Shown here piece by piece: positions 46,942 through 56,127 of a stretch of 64,000 nucleotides of DNA. The translations under genes and the position numbers were made by a program. Numbering within the stretch: the first letter of the stretch is position 1; each line of letters opens with the position of its first letter. The notes under the pieces are model-generated. The model worked only from the letters and a program-made list of their open reading frames with translations. It did no database searches and was not told where the DNA came from. Source of the DNA: a virus; the IMG/VR virus record IMGVR_UViG_3300042691_044682, positions 1 to 64,000 of that record. One strand, written 5' to 3'.

Positions 46942-47522
46942 GCGCCATGGCCTTCAGGGATCCTCCCCAGGATTGGCCGCCCGAGGACATCGCGCGGCTG
47001 CGCGAGCTCTGGGCGACCGGCATGTCCACGGCGAAGATCGGCCAGGCGATGGGCCGCACGAAAAGCGCGGTCGTGGGCAAGGCGCACCGCCTCGATCTGC
47101 CCGGGCGGAAGTCGCCGATCAAGAAGGCCGCCGCGCCGGCGCCGAAGCCGGCAACCAGGCCGGCCGCCGCGGCCCCCAAGATCCAGCCCGAGAAGGCTCC
47201 TCTTCAACGCATCCCCCTTCTGCGGGGCGGGGCCGCGGCGTTCCAGCACATCATGGCGCGCAACGCGCAGGCCCGCGCCGCTGACCAGGCCCCGACGCCG
47301 GAGCCGCAACGCGAGCTCCGCGAGGCTCCTCCGCCCGCCGTCTCCGCCGCGGTGCGGGAGTCGGGGCGCGCGTGCCGCTACTGCCTGCCCTCGGGCCAGG
47401 ACTTCCCGCGCTGGCGCTACTGCGACGCCCCGATCCAGGCCGACGGGCGCCGCTACCCCTACTGCGACGAGCACTATTACCGCTGCATCCAGCAGCGGGC
47501 CGAGAAGCAGGATGCGGCGTGA
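46938..47522 (+). CDS. gcrA: GcrA-like regulator
   Basis: W..E....LRELW..G.S...IG..MG..KSAVVGKAHRL.L; C-terminal CRY...YC...YPYC.EH. Confidence 0.85.
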   Translation: MSAMAFRDPPQDWPPEDIARLRELWATGMSTAKIGQAMGRTKSAVVGKAHRLDLPGRKSPIKKAAAPAPKPATRPAAAAPKIQPEKAPLQRIPLLRGGAAAFQHIMARNAQARAADQAPTPEPQRELREAPPPAVSAAVRESGRACRYCLPSGQDFPRWRYCDAPIQADGRRYPYCDEHYYRCIQQRAEKQDAA

Positions 47523-47713
47523 TGGGCGACCTGTTCGGCGGCTCTCTCCCCATCCCGCTCGAAGCGCAGATCAAGGAGGTCGAGCGGGAGATCGCGCAGC
47601 GCGAGCGCGTCTACCCCCGGTGGGTCGAGGCTGGAAAGCTCCCGCGCGCCACGGCCGACCGGCAGATCGCAGTCATGCGCGCCGTCCTCCACACACTGAA
47701 AGGGCTTTGCTGA
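47522..47713 (+). CDS. Hypothetical protein
   Basis: QI.EVEREI..R.RVYPRWV..GK. Confidence 0.65.
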   Translation: MGDLFGGSLPIPLEAQIKEVEREIAQRERVYPRWVEAGKLPRATADRQIAVMRAVLHTLKGLC

Positions 47714-48183
47714 TGCGCCCCGCCCCCTGGCTGCACCTCGAGCCGCATCGCCTGGGCGGGCTGTATGCCTCGCCCTACGGCTCGCCCTACGGCGCCTTCG
47801 AGGTCCTGCACAAGCCGACCGCGACGACGCTCCGCATCATCGCCTCCTCCGATGTCTTTGAGCACGTCTCGGTCAGCACGGCCCGCCGCACGCCAAACTG
47901 GGCGGAAATGGAGTTCGCCTGCCGCCTGTTCTGGGACGAGGAGGAGGCGGTGATGCAGCTGCACCCGCCGCGCAGCCAGTGGGTGAGCAACCACCCCTAC
48001 GTGCTGCACCTCTGGAAGCCGGCCGACCCGGCGACGCCGATCCCGCTGCCGCCGCAGCTGATGGTTGGCATCCCTGGGGTGGAATTCGACCCGAACAACC
48101 CGAGGGACCGCGACGCGGCAGCGGCCGTGCATGCCGCCCTCTCCCAGAAGCTCGATGCGCACCTGCGCTCGGGAGGCCGCTGA
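47713..48183 (+). CDS. Conserved phage hypothetical protein
   Basis: EHVSVS...RTP.W.EM...Q.HPP...VSNHPYVLHLW. Confidence 0.7.
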   Translation: MRPAPWLHLEPHRLGGLYASPYGSPYGAFEVLHKPTATTLRIIASSDVFEHVSVSTARRTPNWAEMEFACRLFWDEEEAVMQLHPPRSQWVSNHPYVLHLWKPADPATPIPLPPQLMVGIPGVEFDPNNPRDRDAAAAVHAALSQKLDAHLRSGGR

Positions 48184-48437
48184 TGCCGCTGTTCATCTCG
48201 GTCGCGATGCTCCGCGACCCCGTGCGGAATCGCGTCTTCAACCACACCCTGGTGACCATCGCCCCCAACGAGGCGAAGGCCATCGAGGCCGCCAAGGCGG
48301 ACCTGGCGCGCATCCATCCCACGATGGAGCTGCGGGACGGTTCCATTCTCATGGTCGAGCCGGCCGCGATCCGCGCCGCCTATGCCGAGCTTGCCGGCAC
48401 CAAGCCCGCCGCGTCCGGCGAAGGCCGGATGCAATGA
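48183..48437 (+). CDS. Hypothetical protein
   Basis: Coupled ORF. Confidence 0.55.
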   Translation: MPLFISVAMLRDPVRNRVFNHTLVTIAPNEAKAIEAAKADLARIHPTMELRDGSILMVEPAAIRAAYAELAGTKPAASGEGRMQ

Positions 48438-48613
48438 GCGCGCCCGGGGCCGACCGCAAACCGATGGTCGTGCATTGCGGCGACTGCAAGCACGTCTGGA
48501 CGGCCTGTTGGCTGCCGATGGACGCGCTCAAGGTCGCGCGTCTGGTGAAAGGGCTCTGCTGCCCGTCCTGCGGCGCGACGCCGAAGCGGATCTTCATGGG
48601 AGACGGCACATGA
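48434..48613 (+). CDS. Small zinc-ribbon protein
   Basis: CGDC...CPSC. Confidence 0.6.
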   Translation: MSAPGADRKPMVVHCGDCKHVWTACWLPMDALKVARLVKGLCCPSCGATPKRIFMGDGT

Positions 48614-48849
48614 CCCGCGCCCCCAAGCGCGTGCGCGAGATCCTCGGCGCCCTGGGCGATGCGTGGGTGTGGGACGGCTTCACCGGCGGCCACCACCTCC
48701 GGTTCCGCCACAGGGCCAGCGGTGCAGCCCTGTTCGCCGCCAGCACATGCAGCGGTCATCCCCGCCGCGATCTGCAGAACACCCTGGCCATGGCCCGGCG
48801 CCTCGAGCGCCAGACGACGCCAGACGGAGTGCGCGCATGCAAACGTTGA
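48610..48849 (+). CDS. HicA-fold-like small protein
   Basis: TGGHHLRFRH...AST motif. Confidence 0.4.
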   Translation: MTRAPKRVREILGALGDAWVWDGFTGGHHLRFRHRASGAALFAASTCSGHPRRDLQNTLAMARRLERQTTPDGVRACKR

Positions 48850-49070
48850 GCCTCGCGATCATCGTGCTCGCCGGCGCGGTCATCCCTTCGTTCTTCCTGT
48901 ACGCCGTCGTCTATGAGCTGCGGACCGGGAAGAGCTTTGCCCTGGGCGGCCCATCCACGCCGCTCTCCGAGAAGGGCCCGTTCGCGGCGGCGATGGTCGT
49001 CCTCATGGTGCTGAGCAATCTCATCCTGGTGATCGCCGGCATCGCCCTCTTCGCGGAGAAGAACCTGTGA
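48837..49070 (+). CDS. Membrane protein with 2 transmembrane segments
   Basis: Two hydrophobic segments. Confidence 0.55.
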   Translation: MQTLSLAIIVLAGAVIPSFFLYAVVYELRTGKSFALGGPSTPLSEKGPFAAAMVVLMVLSNLILVIAGIALFAEKNL

Positions 49071-49426
49071 CCAAGCAACCCAGTCTCGACATGCCGGCGG
49101 CCGTACCGGCGGACGGGCGCGTCGTTCCCATCGCCGACCCGAAGTTGCGCGTCCTCGTGCTCGCGATGCTGGGCCTCCGGGCGGCGAGGAGCGTGCTCGA
49201 GCAGGAAGGCAAGTTCGCCCACGGCCTCGCGGGCATGCAGGTCGCCAGGACGCTCATCGAGCGCGAGTACTTCCAGACGGAGGCGGAGGTGCACCGCCGC
49301 CTGCCCAAGGTGATGGCGGCCGCCGGCGTCGACCTGAGCGCGTGGCAGGCCTGGGCGTTCAAGGATGGCGGCGAGGCCGTTGTGTGCCGCCCGTTCGCGG
49401 ACGCGATCGAGGAGGTGAAGGGATGA
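49067..49426 (+). CDS. Hypothetical protein
   Basis: Coupled ORF. Confidence 0.55.
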   Translation: MTKQPSLDMPAAVPADGRVVPIADPKLRVLVLAMLGLRAARSVLEQEGKFAHGLAGMQVARTLIEREYFQTEAEVHRRLPKVMAAAGVDLSAWQAWAFKDGGEAVVCRPFADAIEEVKG

Positions 49427-49950
49427 CCGACGCCCCCGACATGCAAGCTGCCGTGCCGGGTCCGGCTGCCGAAGCATGGATCCCCACCGACTATTCGGAC
49501 GAGATCATCTACCACACCACCGACCACCCCTCGGAATGGCTCATCCCCCGCGGCTCCGGGCATGTCCTCGGCGATGAGCACGGAGAGGAGCCGCATGACG
49601 ACGTGCCGCTACTCAAGGACGGCGACATCATCAGCTTCGATCGGCGGACGCAGCACGGCACCGGCACCCTCACCGTGCATCACCTCCCCGACGAGGACGA
49701 GGATGATAGCGGCTGGAGCCGCTGGACGATCGACCCGCCGATGCCGGCGGCCCCGTCAGGGGCGGACATGCATCTCTGCCTGGCCGACGACCCGGAAATC
49801 TACGGCGTCGAGCCCGGCGAGGTGGCTGACGAGCTGGACCCCGGCACCTACACGGTGCGCTTCTACGCCTGGGTCTCCGTGCCGTTCCGCTACGACGCCA
49901 AGGCCGGCGAACTGGTGCGCCTGGTCGCGGGCAAAAGGGCGCCGGCATGA
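49423..49950 (+). CDS. Hypothetical protein
   Basis: Coupled ORF. Confidence 0.55.
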   Translation: MTDAPDMQAAVPGPAAEAWIPTDYSDEIIYHTTDHPSEWLIPRGSGHVLGDEHGEEPHDDVPLLKDGDIISFDRRTQHGTGTLTVHHLPDEDEDDSGWSRWTIDPPMPAAPSGADMHLCLADDPEIYGVEPGEVADELDPGTYTVRFYAWVSVPFRYDAKAGELVRLVAGKRAPA

Positions 49951-50609
49951 CCGACCGCCCCATAATCTTTTCAGGCAGCATGGTCAGGGCGCTGCTCGAC
50001 GGACGCAAGACCCAGACGCGGCGGATCCTGAAGCCGCAGCCGAAGACCTTCCGCATCACTGAGGACGGGGTCGAGCAGGACGCCCCGGTGATCCTGCATC
50101 ATACCGAGAGCGAGCCCTGGCCCAAGGTAGCGATCGGGCGCGTCATCACCCGCCAGGAGGTGCGTTACCGCCCCGGCATGCGCCTGTGGGTGCGGGAGGC
50201 GCACGCGACCAGCGCGAATCCAGATCTCAAGCCGTGGTATCGCCTCGATCATCCTGAGGCCACGGCCGCAGGCCCCCGGGTGGACGTCAAATGGCGCCCC
50301 TCCATCCACATGCCGCGCTGGGCCAGCCGCTTCACCCTGAACGTGACCGCGGTGCGCGTGGAGCGGCTGCAGCAGATCAGCGAGGCGGATGCGATGGCGG
50401 AGGGGATGATCAATCTCGGCGGCCGCGGTGTGCCTGACTGCTGGTGGCACAGCCACGACGGCCTCTCTCGCGCAGGCGCCACGGCGCGAGCTGCGTTCGG
50501 GATGCTCTGGGATGATCTCCACGGCGCCGGCGCCTGGGACGCGAACCCCTGGGTGGTCGCCATCACCTTCGGCGTGGCCAAGAGGAACATCGACGAGGCT
50601 GCGCCATGA
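49947..50609 (+). CDS. Conserved phage protein (ASCH/PUA-like)
   Basis: RPIIFS..MVRALLDGRKTQTRR, LWVRE, WRPSIHMPRWASR and W.ANPWV. Confidence 0.8.
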   Translation: MTDRPIIFSGSMVRALLDGRKTQTRRILKPQPKTFRITEDGVEQDAPVILHHTESEPWPKVAIGRVITRQEVRYRPGMRLWVREAHATSANPDLKPWYRLDHPEATAAGPRVDVKWRPSIHMPRWASRFTLNVTAVRVERLQQISEADAMAEGMINLGGRGVPDCWWHSHDGLSRAGATARAAFGMLWDDLHGAGAWDANPWVVAITFGVAKRNIDEAAP

Positions 50610-50760
50610 CCGGGCACTACGAGCGGCACGCCGCCTATCAGATCCTCGCTGGCTGGATCCGCCTCGAGCACGCCGGCGCGCGGCGCCGCGAGGCGGTCAG
50701 CTTCCGCGCCGCCGACGACATGCAGGACCTCTGGACCTGGATCCTGCGGGAGGGGCTGGC

Positions 50761-51153
50761 ATGACCGCCCGCGCCCTCCGCATGCTCTACCGCGAGGTCC
50801 CCGAGGTGAAAGGCTGCCTGACCGGCTGCGGCAAGTGCTGCGGCCCGGTGCCCTGGTCGCCGGCGGAGCTCGAGCGGGTGGCATCGCGCATCCCGCCGGG
50901 AACGCTGTCGAGGCCGGCGCCATCCGGCCCCACCGAGATGGTGATGCTCATCAACCCCGTGACGGGCGGCTGCGCCATGCTCGACGCCGAGAAGCGCTGC
51001 ACGGTCTACGAGGCGCGCCCGCTGATGTGCCGCATGTTCGGCGCCGTGGCCGGTCCTGGGCTCGAATGTCCCTTCGGCGCCCGTGCCGGCCGCCCGCTGT
51101 CCGATCGGAAGGCCGGCGCCCTGGCGCAGCGCTACAAGCGCGAGGCGCCATGA
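50761..51153 (+). CDS. YkgJ-family cysteine-cluster protein
   Basis: C..GCGKCC...C..L...CTVYEARP..CR. Confidence 0.8.
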   Translation: MTARALRMLYREVPEVKGCLTGCGKCCGPVPWSPAELERVASRIPPGTLSRPAPSGPTEMVMLINPVTGGCAMLDAEKRCTVYEARPLMCRMFGAVAGPGLECPFGARAGRPLSDRKAGALAQRYKREAP

Positions 51154-51542
51154 CGCAGCTCGGGCTGTTCGACACGGCCGACGGCTCCGACCGGCACGGC
51201 GGCATGGCCATGCCGGACTGGCTGCACGACGAGCTATGGGGCGAACGGAAGGTCGCTGCCACCGTGTCGCGCGGCAAGGGCGCCCAATGGGTGATCGAGG
51301 TGGTGCAGGCGCCCGACCGCTCCTGCTGGTTCGCCGCCTACGCCTACGACTTCTGGGACGCGCCGGACGGCACGGCCTGCGGCGGCGGCACGCCCCTGTG
51401 CCACCGCGGGGAGACGCGCGAGGCGGCGATCGCCGCGGCGGCGCGCGCGCTCATGGCCCGGTTGCCCGACCCCGACAAGCTCAAGGGCAAGGCCCGGGCG
51501 CACGTCCGCGCCTTCCTCGAGGGCCTGGAGCGCGTCGCATGA
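51150..51542 (+). CDS. Hypothetical protein
   Basis: Coupled ORF. Confidence 0.55.
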   Translation: MTQLGLFDTADGSDRHGGMAMPDWLHDELWGERKVAATVSRGKGAQWVIEVVQAPDRSCWFAAYAYDFWDAPDGTACGGGTPLCHRGETREAAIAAAARALMARLPDPDKLKGKARAHVRAFLEGLERVA

Positions 51543-51898
51543 CGGCGCTCCGCCTGCCCGACTGGCCGCTCCTGATGGACCAGCCGACGCTGCAGCGCTA
51601 CCTGAGCCTGACGCGTCGCCAGCTGAAGGCCTATCTGGCCGCCGGCCTGGTTCCCCCGGCGCGCGAGCACCTGCCCGGCCAGCTGCGCTGGCACCGCGGC
51701 GAGGTGGATGCTTCGATCGCCCGCGCATGGGGGATGCGCCAGGCGGAGGAGCCAGGGGATGCGATCAGGGAAGCGAAGCAGCGCCTTGAGGGGCTCGCCG
51801 GCCCGGCCCGCCTACGTCCAGGCCGTGCAGGCGGCCAGCGGCGCGACCTACCTCTACTACCGCCGCAACGGCCGGCGAATCCCCCTTCCCGGCCCTGA
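51539..51898 (+). CDS. Excisionase/AlpA-like protein
   Basis: WPLLM.....YLSL.....G.VP......RW.R.EVD; directly upstream of and overlapping int. Confidence 0.6.
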   Translation: MTALRLPDWPLLMDQPTLQRYLSLTRRQLKAYLAAGLVPPAREHLPGQLRWHRGEVDASIARAWGMRQAEEPGDAIREAKQRLEGLAGPARLRPGRAGGQRRDLPLLPPQRPANPPSRP

Positions 51899-52982
51899 GG
51901 GGTCGGAAGCCTTCCGGATCGCCTACCAGCAGGCTGAGAGGTTCTTCGAGGGCGCCTTCGCTCCCCCTGGCTCTGGGCGCCACACCGTCGAGGACGTCAT
52001 CACCGCCTACCTCGACAGCGCCGACTATCGCCAGCTCGCGCCCAAGACCCGCGCCGACTACCGCCGTGTGCTGGACGGCTTCCGGACCCACTTCGGCGAC
52101 CTCCCGGCGGCTGCGCTCACCGAGCCCTGGATCGAGGAACTGCGGGCCAGGTACGCTCCCGACCACAGCCGCGGCGATGCCGGCCACGCGATCGAGTGGA
52201 ACGCGCTGCGCGCGCGCATGATCAGCGCCATGCGCCACTACCGGCGGGTTCACCCCGAGGCCGGTCTGGCGAACCCATGGGAGGCGTCCCGCCGCCTCAA
52301 GCCGCCGGTCAGCACCGCGCACCGGCCCTGGCCGCCGGAGGTGCTCCTGGCCGCGCTGCGCGCGGCGACGCCGGAGTTCCGCGCGCTGCTGGTCGGCTAC
52401 CTCCTCACGGCGCAGCGCGGCGGCGACGTGACCCGCTTCGGGCCGGAGCAGTACGACGCCGCCAGCCGGACGCTCACGCTGAGCCAGGGCAAGACCGAGG
52501 TGCCGCTGCGGATCCATGTGCCGGCGCCACTGGCGACCGCGATCGAGGCGATGCGCGGCCGCGGCGCGACCAGGCTATTCGTCACCCCGCGCGGCCGACC
52601 ATGGACGACAGCCAACGCGCAGGAGACGCTGGCGCGGCTGCTCGAGCAACTCGGCCTGGCGCGCTACACGCTGCACGGGCTCCGGGCGACAGGCCCGGTG
52701 GCGCTGAAGATGCTCGGCTTCGAGAACCGCGCCATCCGGGCGCTGACCGGGCACACCTCCGACCGCAACCTCGAGGTCTACCTGCGCGGCGTGGAGCACT
52801 ACCCGCTCGCGCGCGAGGCGCAGGAAGCGCTCGCCGGCGTCTTCGGGCCAGTGATCGAGGACGCGCTCGCCGGATCCAACGAGCGCCGATTCAGCGGTGT
52901 GACCGGGCGCGCGGCCCGCGCAGGTGGCAAATCAGTGGCAAATGACAAATCTGGGCGGCGGGAGAAGGCTCTAAGTGATTGA
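51759..52982 (+). CDS. int: Tyrosine integrase
   Basis: TAQRGGD (R), QGKT (K), LHGLR (H..R), TGH and VY (Y). Confidence 0.92.
   Translation: MRSGKRSSALRGSPARPAYVQAVQAASGATYLYYRRNGRRIPLPGPEGSEAFRIAYQQAERFFEGAFAPPGSGRHTVEDVITAYLDSADYRQLAPKTRADYRRVLDGFRTHFGDLPAAALTEPWIEELRARYAPDHSRGDAGHAIEWNALRARMISAMRHYRRVHPEAGLANPWEASRRLKPPVSTAHRPWPPEVLLAALRAATPEFRALLVGYLLTAQRGGDVTRFGPEQYDAASRTLTLSQGKTEVPLRIHVPAPLATAIEAMRGRGATRLFVTPRGRPWTTANAQETLARLLEQLGLARYTLHGLRATGPVALKMLGFENRAIRALTGHTSDRNLEVYLRGVEHYPLAREAQEALAGVFGPVIEDALAGSNERRFSGVTGRAARAGGKSVANDKSGRREKALSD
52924..52943 (+). repeat. Putative Int arm-type sites
   Basis: GTGGCAAAT twice, about 50 bp from the att core. Confidence 0.5.
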
Positions 52983-52990
52983 TTTTACTC

Positions 52991-53030
52991 TGGCATCCCG
53001 TACGGGATTCGAACCCGTGTTACCAACGTG
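52991..53030 (-). mobile_element. attP core: 3' part of tRNA-Glu
   Basis: Reverse strand CACGTTGGTAACACGGGTTCGAATCCCGTACGGGATGCCA: T-arm, acceptor strand and CCA; 5' half absent. Confidence 0.85.
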
Positions 53031-53237
53031 GACACCACGATTTGCGCTAGATCAATGCCTTGAACCGGCAAATTTTCCAGGGCGCCGCCTGGTGCACCAC
53101 ATCGCCAGCACATCACTTCACATCGGCTTCATACGATCGGTAGGTTTTTTTCCTATTCTCCTGTGATACGGTGGAGCGATGACAACCACCTCGGCGGCGC
53201 TGGTCCGCCTGCCCTCCTGCATTGCCGTCGAGACCGC

Positions 53238-53651
53238 ATGAGCGAATCGCCGGCGAGCGACACGCCCATCCTGTCGCCGGACGCGGTCTTCCGGATCTGG
53301 AACGCCTGCTTCTTCGTCGACGCGATGGACCGCCCCGAGGACCTGGTGCGCGTCGACGGCATCATCACCAGCGTGCCCTTCAGCCGCACGCGCGTGGGCA
53401 ACCATGCCGCCGAGATCAAGGTCCTTCTGCTGGAATTACCGGAGCAGTTTCGACGCAGCGCCGGTGGCGGGTGGACCTTCCTCAACGCCTGCACGGACCG
53501 CCGCGGCCGGTTCTGGACGGGCGAGCACACGGCCATGGAGCAGCTGGTGCTCCTGGGCGTGGCGGCGGGGCTGGTGAGCTGGACGCTGCCGCGGGACCTC
53601 TGGTCGATCCTGCCCGGCGGGATGCCCTACCTGCGGGTGGAGGACCAATGA
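53238..53651 (+). CDS. Conserved phage hypothetical protein
   Basis: GGGWTFLNAC.DR.G..WTG.H..MEQL...W.ILPGGMPY. Confidence 0.7.
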   Translation: MSESPASDTPILSPDAVFRIWNACFFVDAMDRPEDLVRVDGIITSVPFSRTRVGNHAAEIKVLLLELPEQFRRSAGGGWTFLNACTDRRGRFWTGEHTAMEQLVLLGVAAGLVSWTLPRDLWSILPGGMPYLRVEDQ

Positions 53652-53860
53652 CCGACGCCGAGCTGCTGAGCGCGATGAATGCGATCTGCCACCACCAGGT
53701 GGCGCGAAGCGTCCATCCGCTCACCTGCGGGAACGACAGCAACCACCCTCCCCTGTTCCCGCTCGTGCATGCGCAGCGCATCGTGCTGCGCTGCGCGCAT
53801 TGCGACTACCGCCAGACCTACCTGCCCGACATCGTCAGACCTACCTGCCCGACATCGTGA
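53648..53860 (+). CDS. Zinc-binding hypothetical protein, 3' end altered by a duplication
   Basis: HPLTC...H...C..CDYRQ. Confidence 0.6.
   Translation: MTDAELLSAMNAICHHQVARSVHPLTCGNDSNHPPLFPLVHAQRIVLRCAHCDYRQTYLPDIVRPTCPTS
53813..53858 (+). repeat. 23-bp perfect tandem duplication
   Basis: CAGACCTACCTGCCCGACATCGT twice. Confidence 0.95.
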
Positions 53861-53885
53861 AGAGCGCTGCCGCCTGCACCCGGGC

Positions 53886-54104
53886 ATGAGCCAAGAGGAC
53901 GTCGGCCACAGGTTTGACGTGAAGGGCGGCCGGGTGTCGGAGGTCTTGCACGGCCACTACGACCCGGGCGGATCGAAGTGGGACAAGATGATGACCAGGG
54001 TGAGGCGGGATATCGGGAGACGGTCCGCGCCGCGGGCGTCTACACCGGCATCGAGTTCATCTGATCCACGAACGACGAAAGGCCCGCCGGGCCCCAGGGA
54101 GTGA
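53886..54104 (+). CDS. Small HTH protein or remnant
   Basis: MSQEDVG.RF.V..GRVSEVL.G. Confidence 0.45.
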   Translation: MSQEDVGHRFDVKGGRVSEVLHGHYDPGGSKWDKMMTRVRRDIGRRSAPRASTPASSSSDPRTTKGPPGPRE

Positions 54105-54244
54105 TCCCCAGGGCCCGGCGGGCCTTCGTGCGTCACAATTCGACGGCCGGGGGACCACCCCCCGGCCGCCCTCGCCTGTCCAGACGGCGCTGGATCCTCT
54201 CGATTGGGGATGAGTGGTTCCGCCAGGCGCGCCGCCCGGCGAGC

Positions 54245-54562
54245 TCAGACGTAGCGGATGAGCAGGATCGCCGCCGCCTGGGCGTGCGCTACCAGCGCCG
54301 GCCAGCCAGCTTGGCGGATGAGCCGCTGGCGCTCCTCGACGGAGGCGCGCAGCCGCCAGGTCTTCCAGCCCCAGTGCGGCTCGATCTGCGCGATCTCGCG
54401 TGCCAGGAACCACACCGAGGCGATGCCGGCGCCGTAGAAGGCGCCGATCGCGCCGTCGCGCAGCAGGTAGCCGGAGGCCAGCGCGCCGAGCCCGGTCACC
54501 AGCATCGCGCCGGCCACATGCAGCAGGGAGGGGCCGAGGCCCCGCTTGGTCGCCATGTCCAT
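54245..54562 (-). CDS. Membrane protein in the lysis module
   Basis: Several hydrophobic segments; downstream of the endolysin. Confidence 0.6.
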   Translation of the reverse strand: MDMATKRGLGPSLLHVAGAMLVTGLGALASGYLLRDGAIGAFYGAGIASVWFLAREIAQIEPHWGWKTWRLRASVEERQRLIRQAGWPALVAHAQAAAILLIRYV

Positions 54563-54579
54563 GGATATCTCCCTTTCGT

Positions 54580-55245
54580 TCAACGCAGCGCGGCGCGCAG
54601 CTTCGTGATGATGTCCTCGAGCGCGGCAACGCGCGCCGCGAGAGCGGGATCTGCGCCGCCGGGAACGACGGCAGGGGCGACCGGCGCCGTCGGGCGCGGC
54701 ACGGCCGGCACGGCCGGCTGGCCCGCCACGGCCGCGCAGGCGGCGGCCCAGTAGCCGCCCCAGGTCTGGCGGTGCGGCTTCCCGGGCCGCCAGTTGCGCA
54801 GATAGTACTGCCAGGCCTCCTCCTCGTTCACGGCCTCCGGAGCCGGCAACGGCCGCGGGTCGGTCAGCAGCAGCAGCCGCGCGAAGGCGGCGGCGAGCTC
54901 GTCGCCCTCGATGGTGGCGAAGTGCCGCCAGATGGCGTCCGCGTCGAACGGGACGCCGCCGGCGGCGGCGAGGTCCTGCGCGGCGGACCGGGACGCGGGG
55001 TGCCGCATGACCCCGGCCACGCCACCACCCCGCTCGAACTGCCAGAAACCCGTGGCCGGGCCGATCGCGCCCGGCACCAGGCGGCCGTTCTGCACCTCGA
55101 GCTGGTCGCGCGCCTCGAAGCCGCTCTCCTGCAGGCCGATCGCGGCCATCATGGCCATCGCCGGCGCGCCCCCGGAGGCGCCGTAGGTCGTGGCGATGTG
55201 GTCCACCGCCGGGCGGATGAGGGTGTTGAGCGGGATCGCCGCCAT
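54580..55245 (-). CDS. Putative endolysin (lysozyme-like)
   Basis: AIGLQES, GPA.GFWQFE.GGG and AW.YY...WRPGKPH; next to the holin. Confidence 0.7.
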   Translation of the reverse strand: MAAIPLNTLIRPAVDHIATTYGASGGAPAMAMMAAIGLQESGFEARDQLEVQNGRLVPGAIGPATGFWQFERGGGVAGVMRHPASRSAAQDLAAAGGVPFDADAIWRHFATIEGDELAAAFARLLLLTDPRPLPAPEAVNEEEAWQYYLRNWRPGKPHRQTWGGYWAAACAAVAGQPAVPAVPRPTAPVAPAVVPGGADPALAARVAALEDIITKLRAALR

Positions 55246-55247
55246 GG

Positions 55248-55943
55248 TCAGTGCCCCCTGCCGAAAATGGAGGAGCGCGGCGATCGCTCCCCCGCGGCCA
55301 TCGCGCTGCTCGCGGCCACGGAGCGCTGCACCGCCGCCGTCGCAGCCAGCCCGCCGGCACGGCTGCCACCGACCCAGTACTGGCAGACCCCCCTGAATTC
55401 CACGACGAGAGCACCCACCAGCGCCATCAGGATGTCGCGAAAGCCGTCCTGCAGCCGCGCGACCCCGCCGATGTTCAGCAGGAGCACCGCGAGCGTCATC
55501 GTGAAGAGCGATGTGACGGCCACCGTCTGGAATGCCGGCATCCAGGCGAGGTTCGATCCGATCTTTGCCAACTCCACGGTCTGCCCCCGCGCGTTCGCGA
55601 CGTCGGCCAGTGCGACGCGCAGCTCCTCGAGGTCGGCCTGGCGCTTCCGATCCTCGGCCGCGGCGACGATCTCGGCCAGCCGCACCCGCGCCTCGAGGGC
55701 CTTCTGCGGGTCGGCGCCGAACACCGCGGCCGCCTGGACGGGGTCATCGGTGCCGGCGACCGCCTGCACGACCGTCGCCGCCTGCTGAGCCGCCTGCCCG
55801 GCGGTCTCGCCGGCCAGGGTGCGGACCAGCTCTGGCACGAGCGTGGTGGCGACACCGACGAGCGCGCCAAGCGGCCCGGCGGTGACGAACCCCGTGGCCC
55901 CGGCCGCGATGGTGCGACCGGCCACGTCTCCGATATCGGTCAT
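55248..55943 (-). CDS. Putative holin
   Basis: LADVANAR, two transmembrane segments, YW.G.S.G. Confidence 0.65.
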   Translation of the reverse strand: MTDIGDVAGRTIAAGATGFVTAGPLGALVGVATTLVPELVRTLAGETAGQAAQQAATVVQAVAGTDDPVQAAAVFGADPQKALEARVRLAEIVAAAEDRKRQADLEELRVALADVANARGQTVELAKIGSNLAWMPAFQTVAVTSLFTMTLAVLLLNIGGVARLQDGFRDILMALVGALVVEFRGVCQYWVGGSRAGGLAATAAVQRSVAASSAMAAGERSPRSSIFGRGH

Positions 55944-56127
55944 GGGGGATCTCCGTGCGCGAGCCTCTCGAAGGCGGGCAGCTCGCGGGCCCGCACATGC
56001 ATCCTGGAGCCGTCCGGCAGCACCAGCTGGACCCACTGACCGTCCTCGACCCGGCGCACCCCGGGGTGCAGCAGGTAGGGCGTCACGCGCTTTGCGCGGA
56101 CCCGCAGCCAGGCCTCGTCGTCGGCGC

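Noticed and set aside
52991-53030. Complete tRNA gene
   Set aside because: The D-arm and 5' acceptor strand are missing; it is an att core only.
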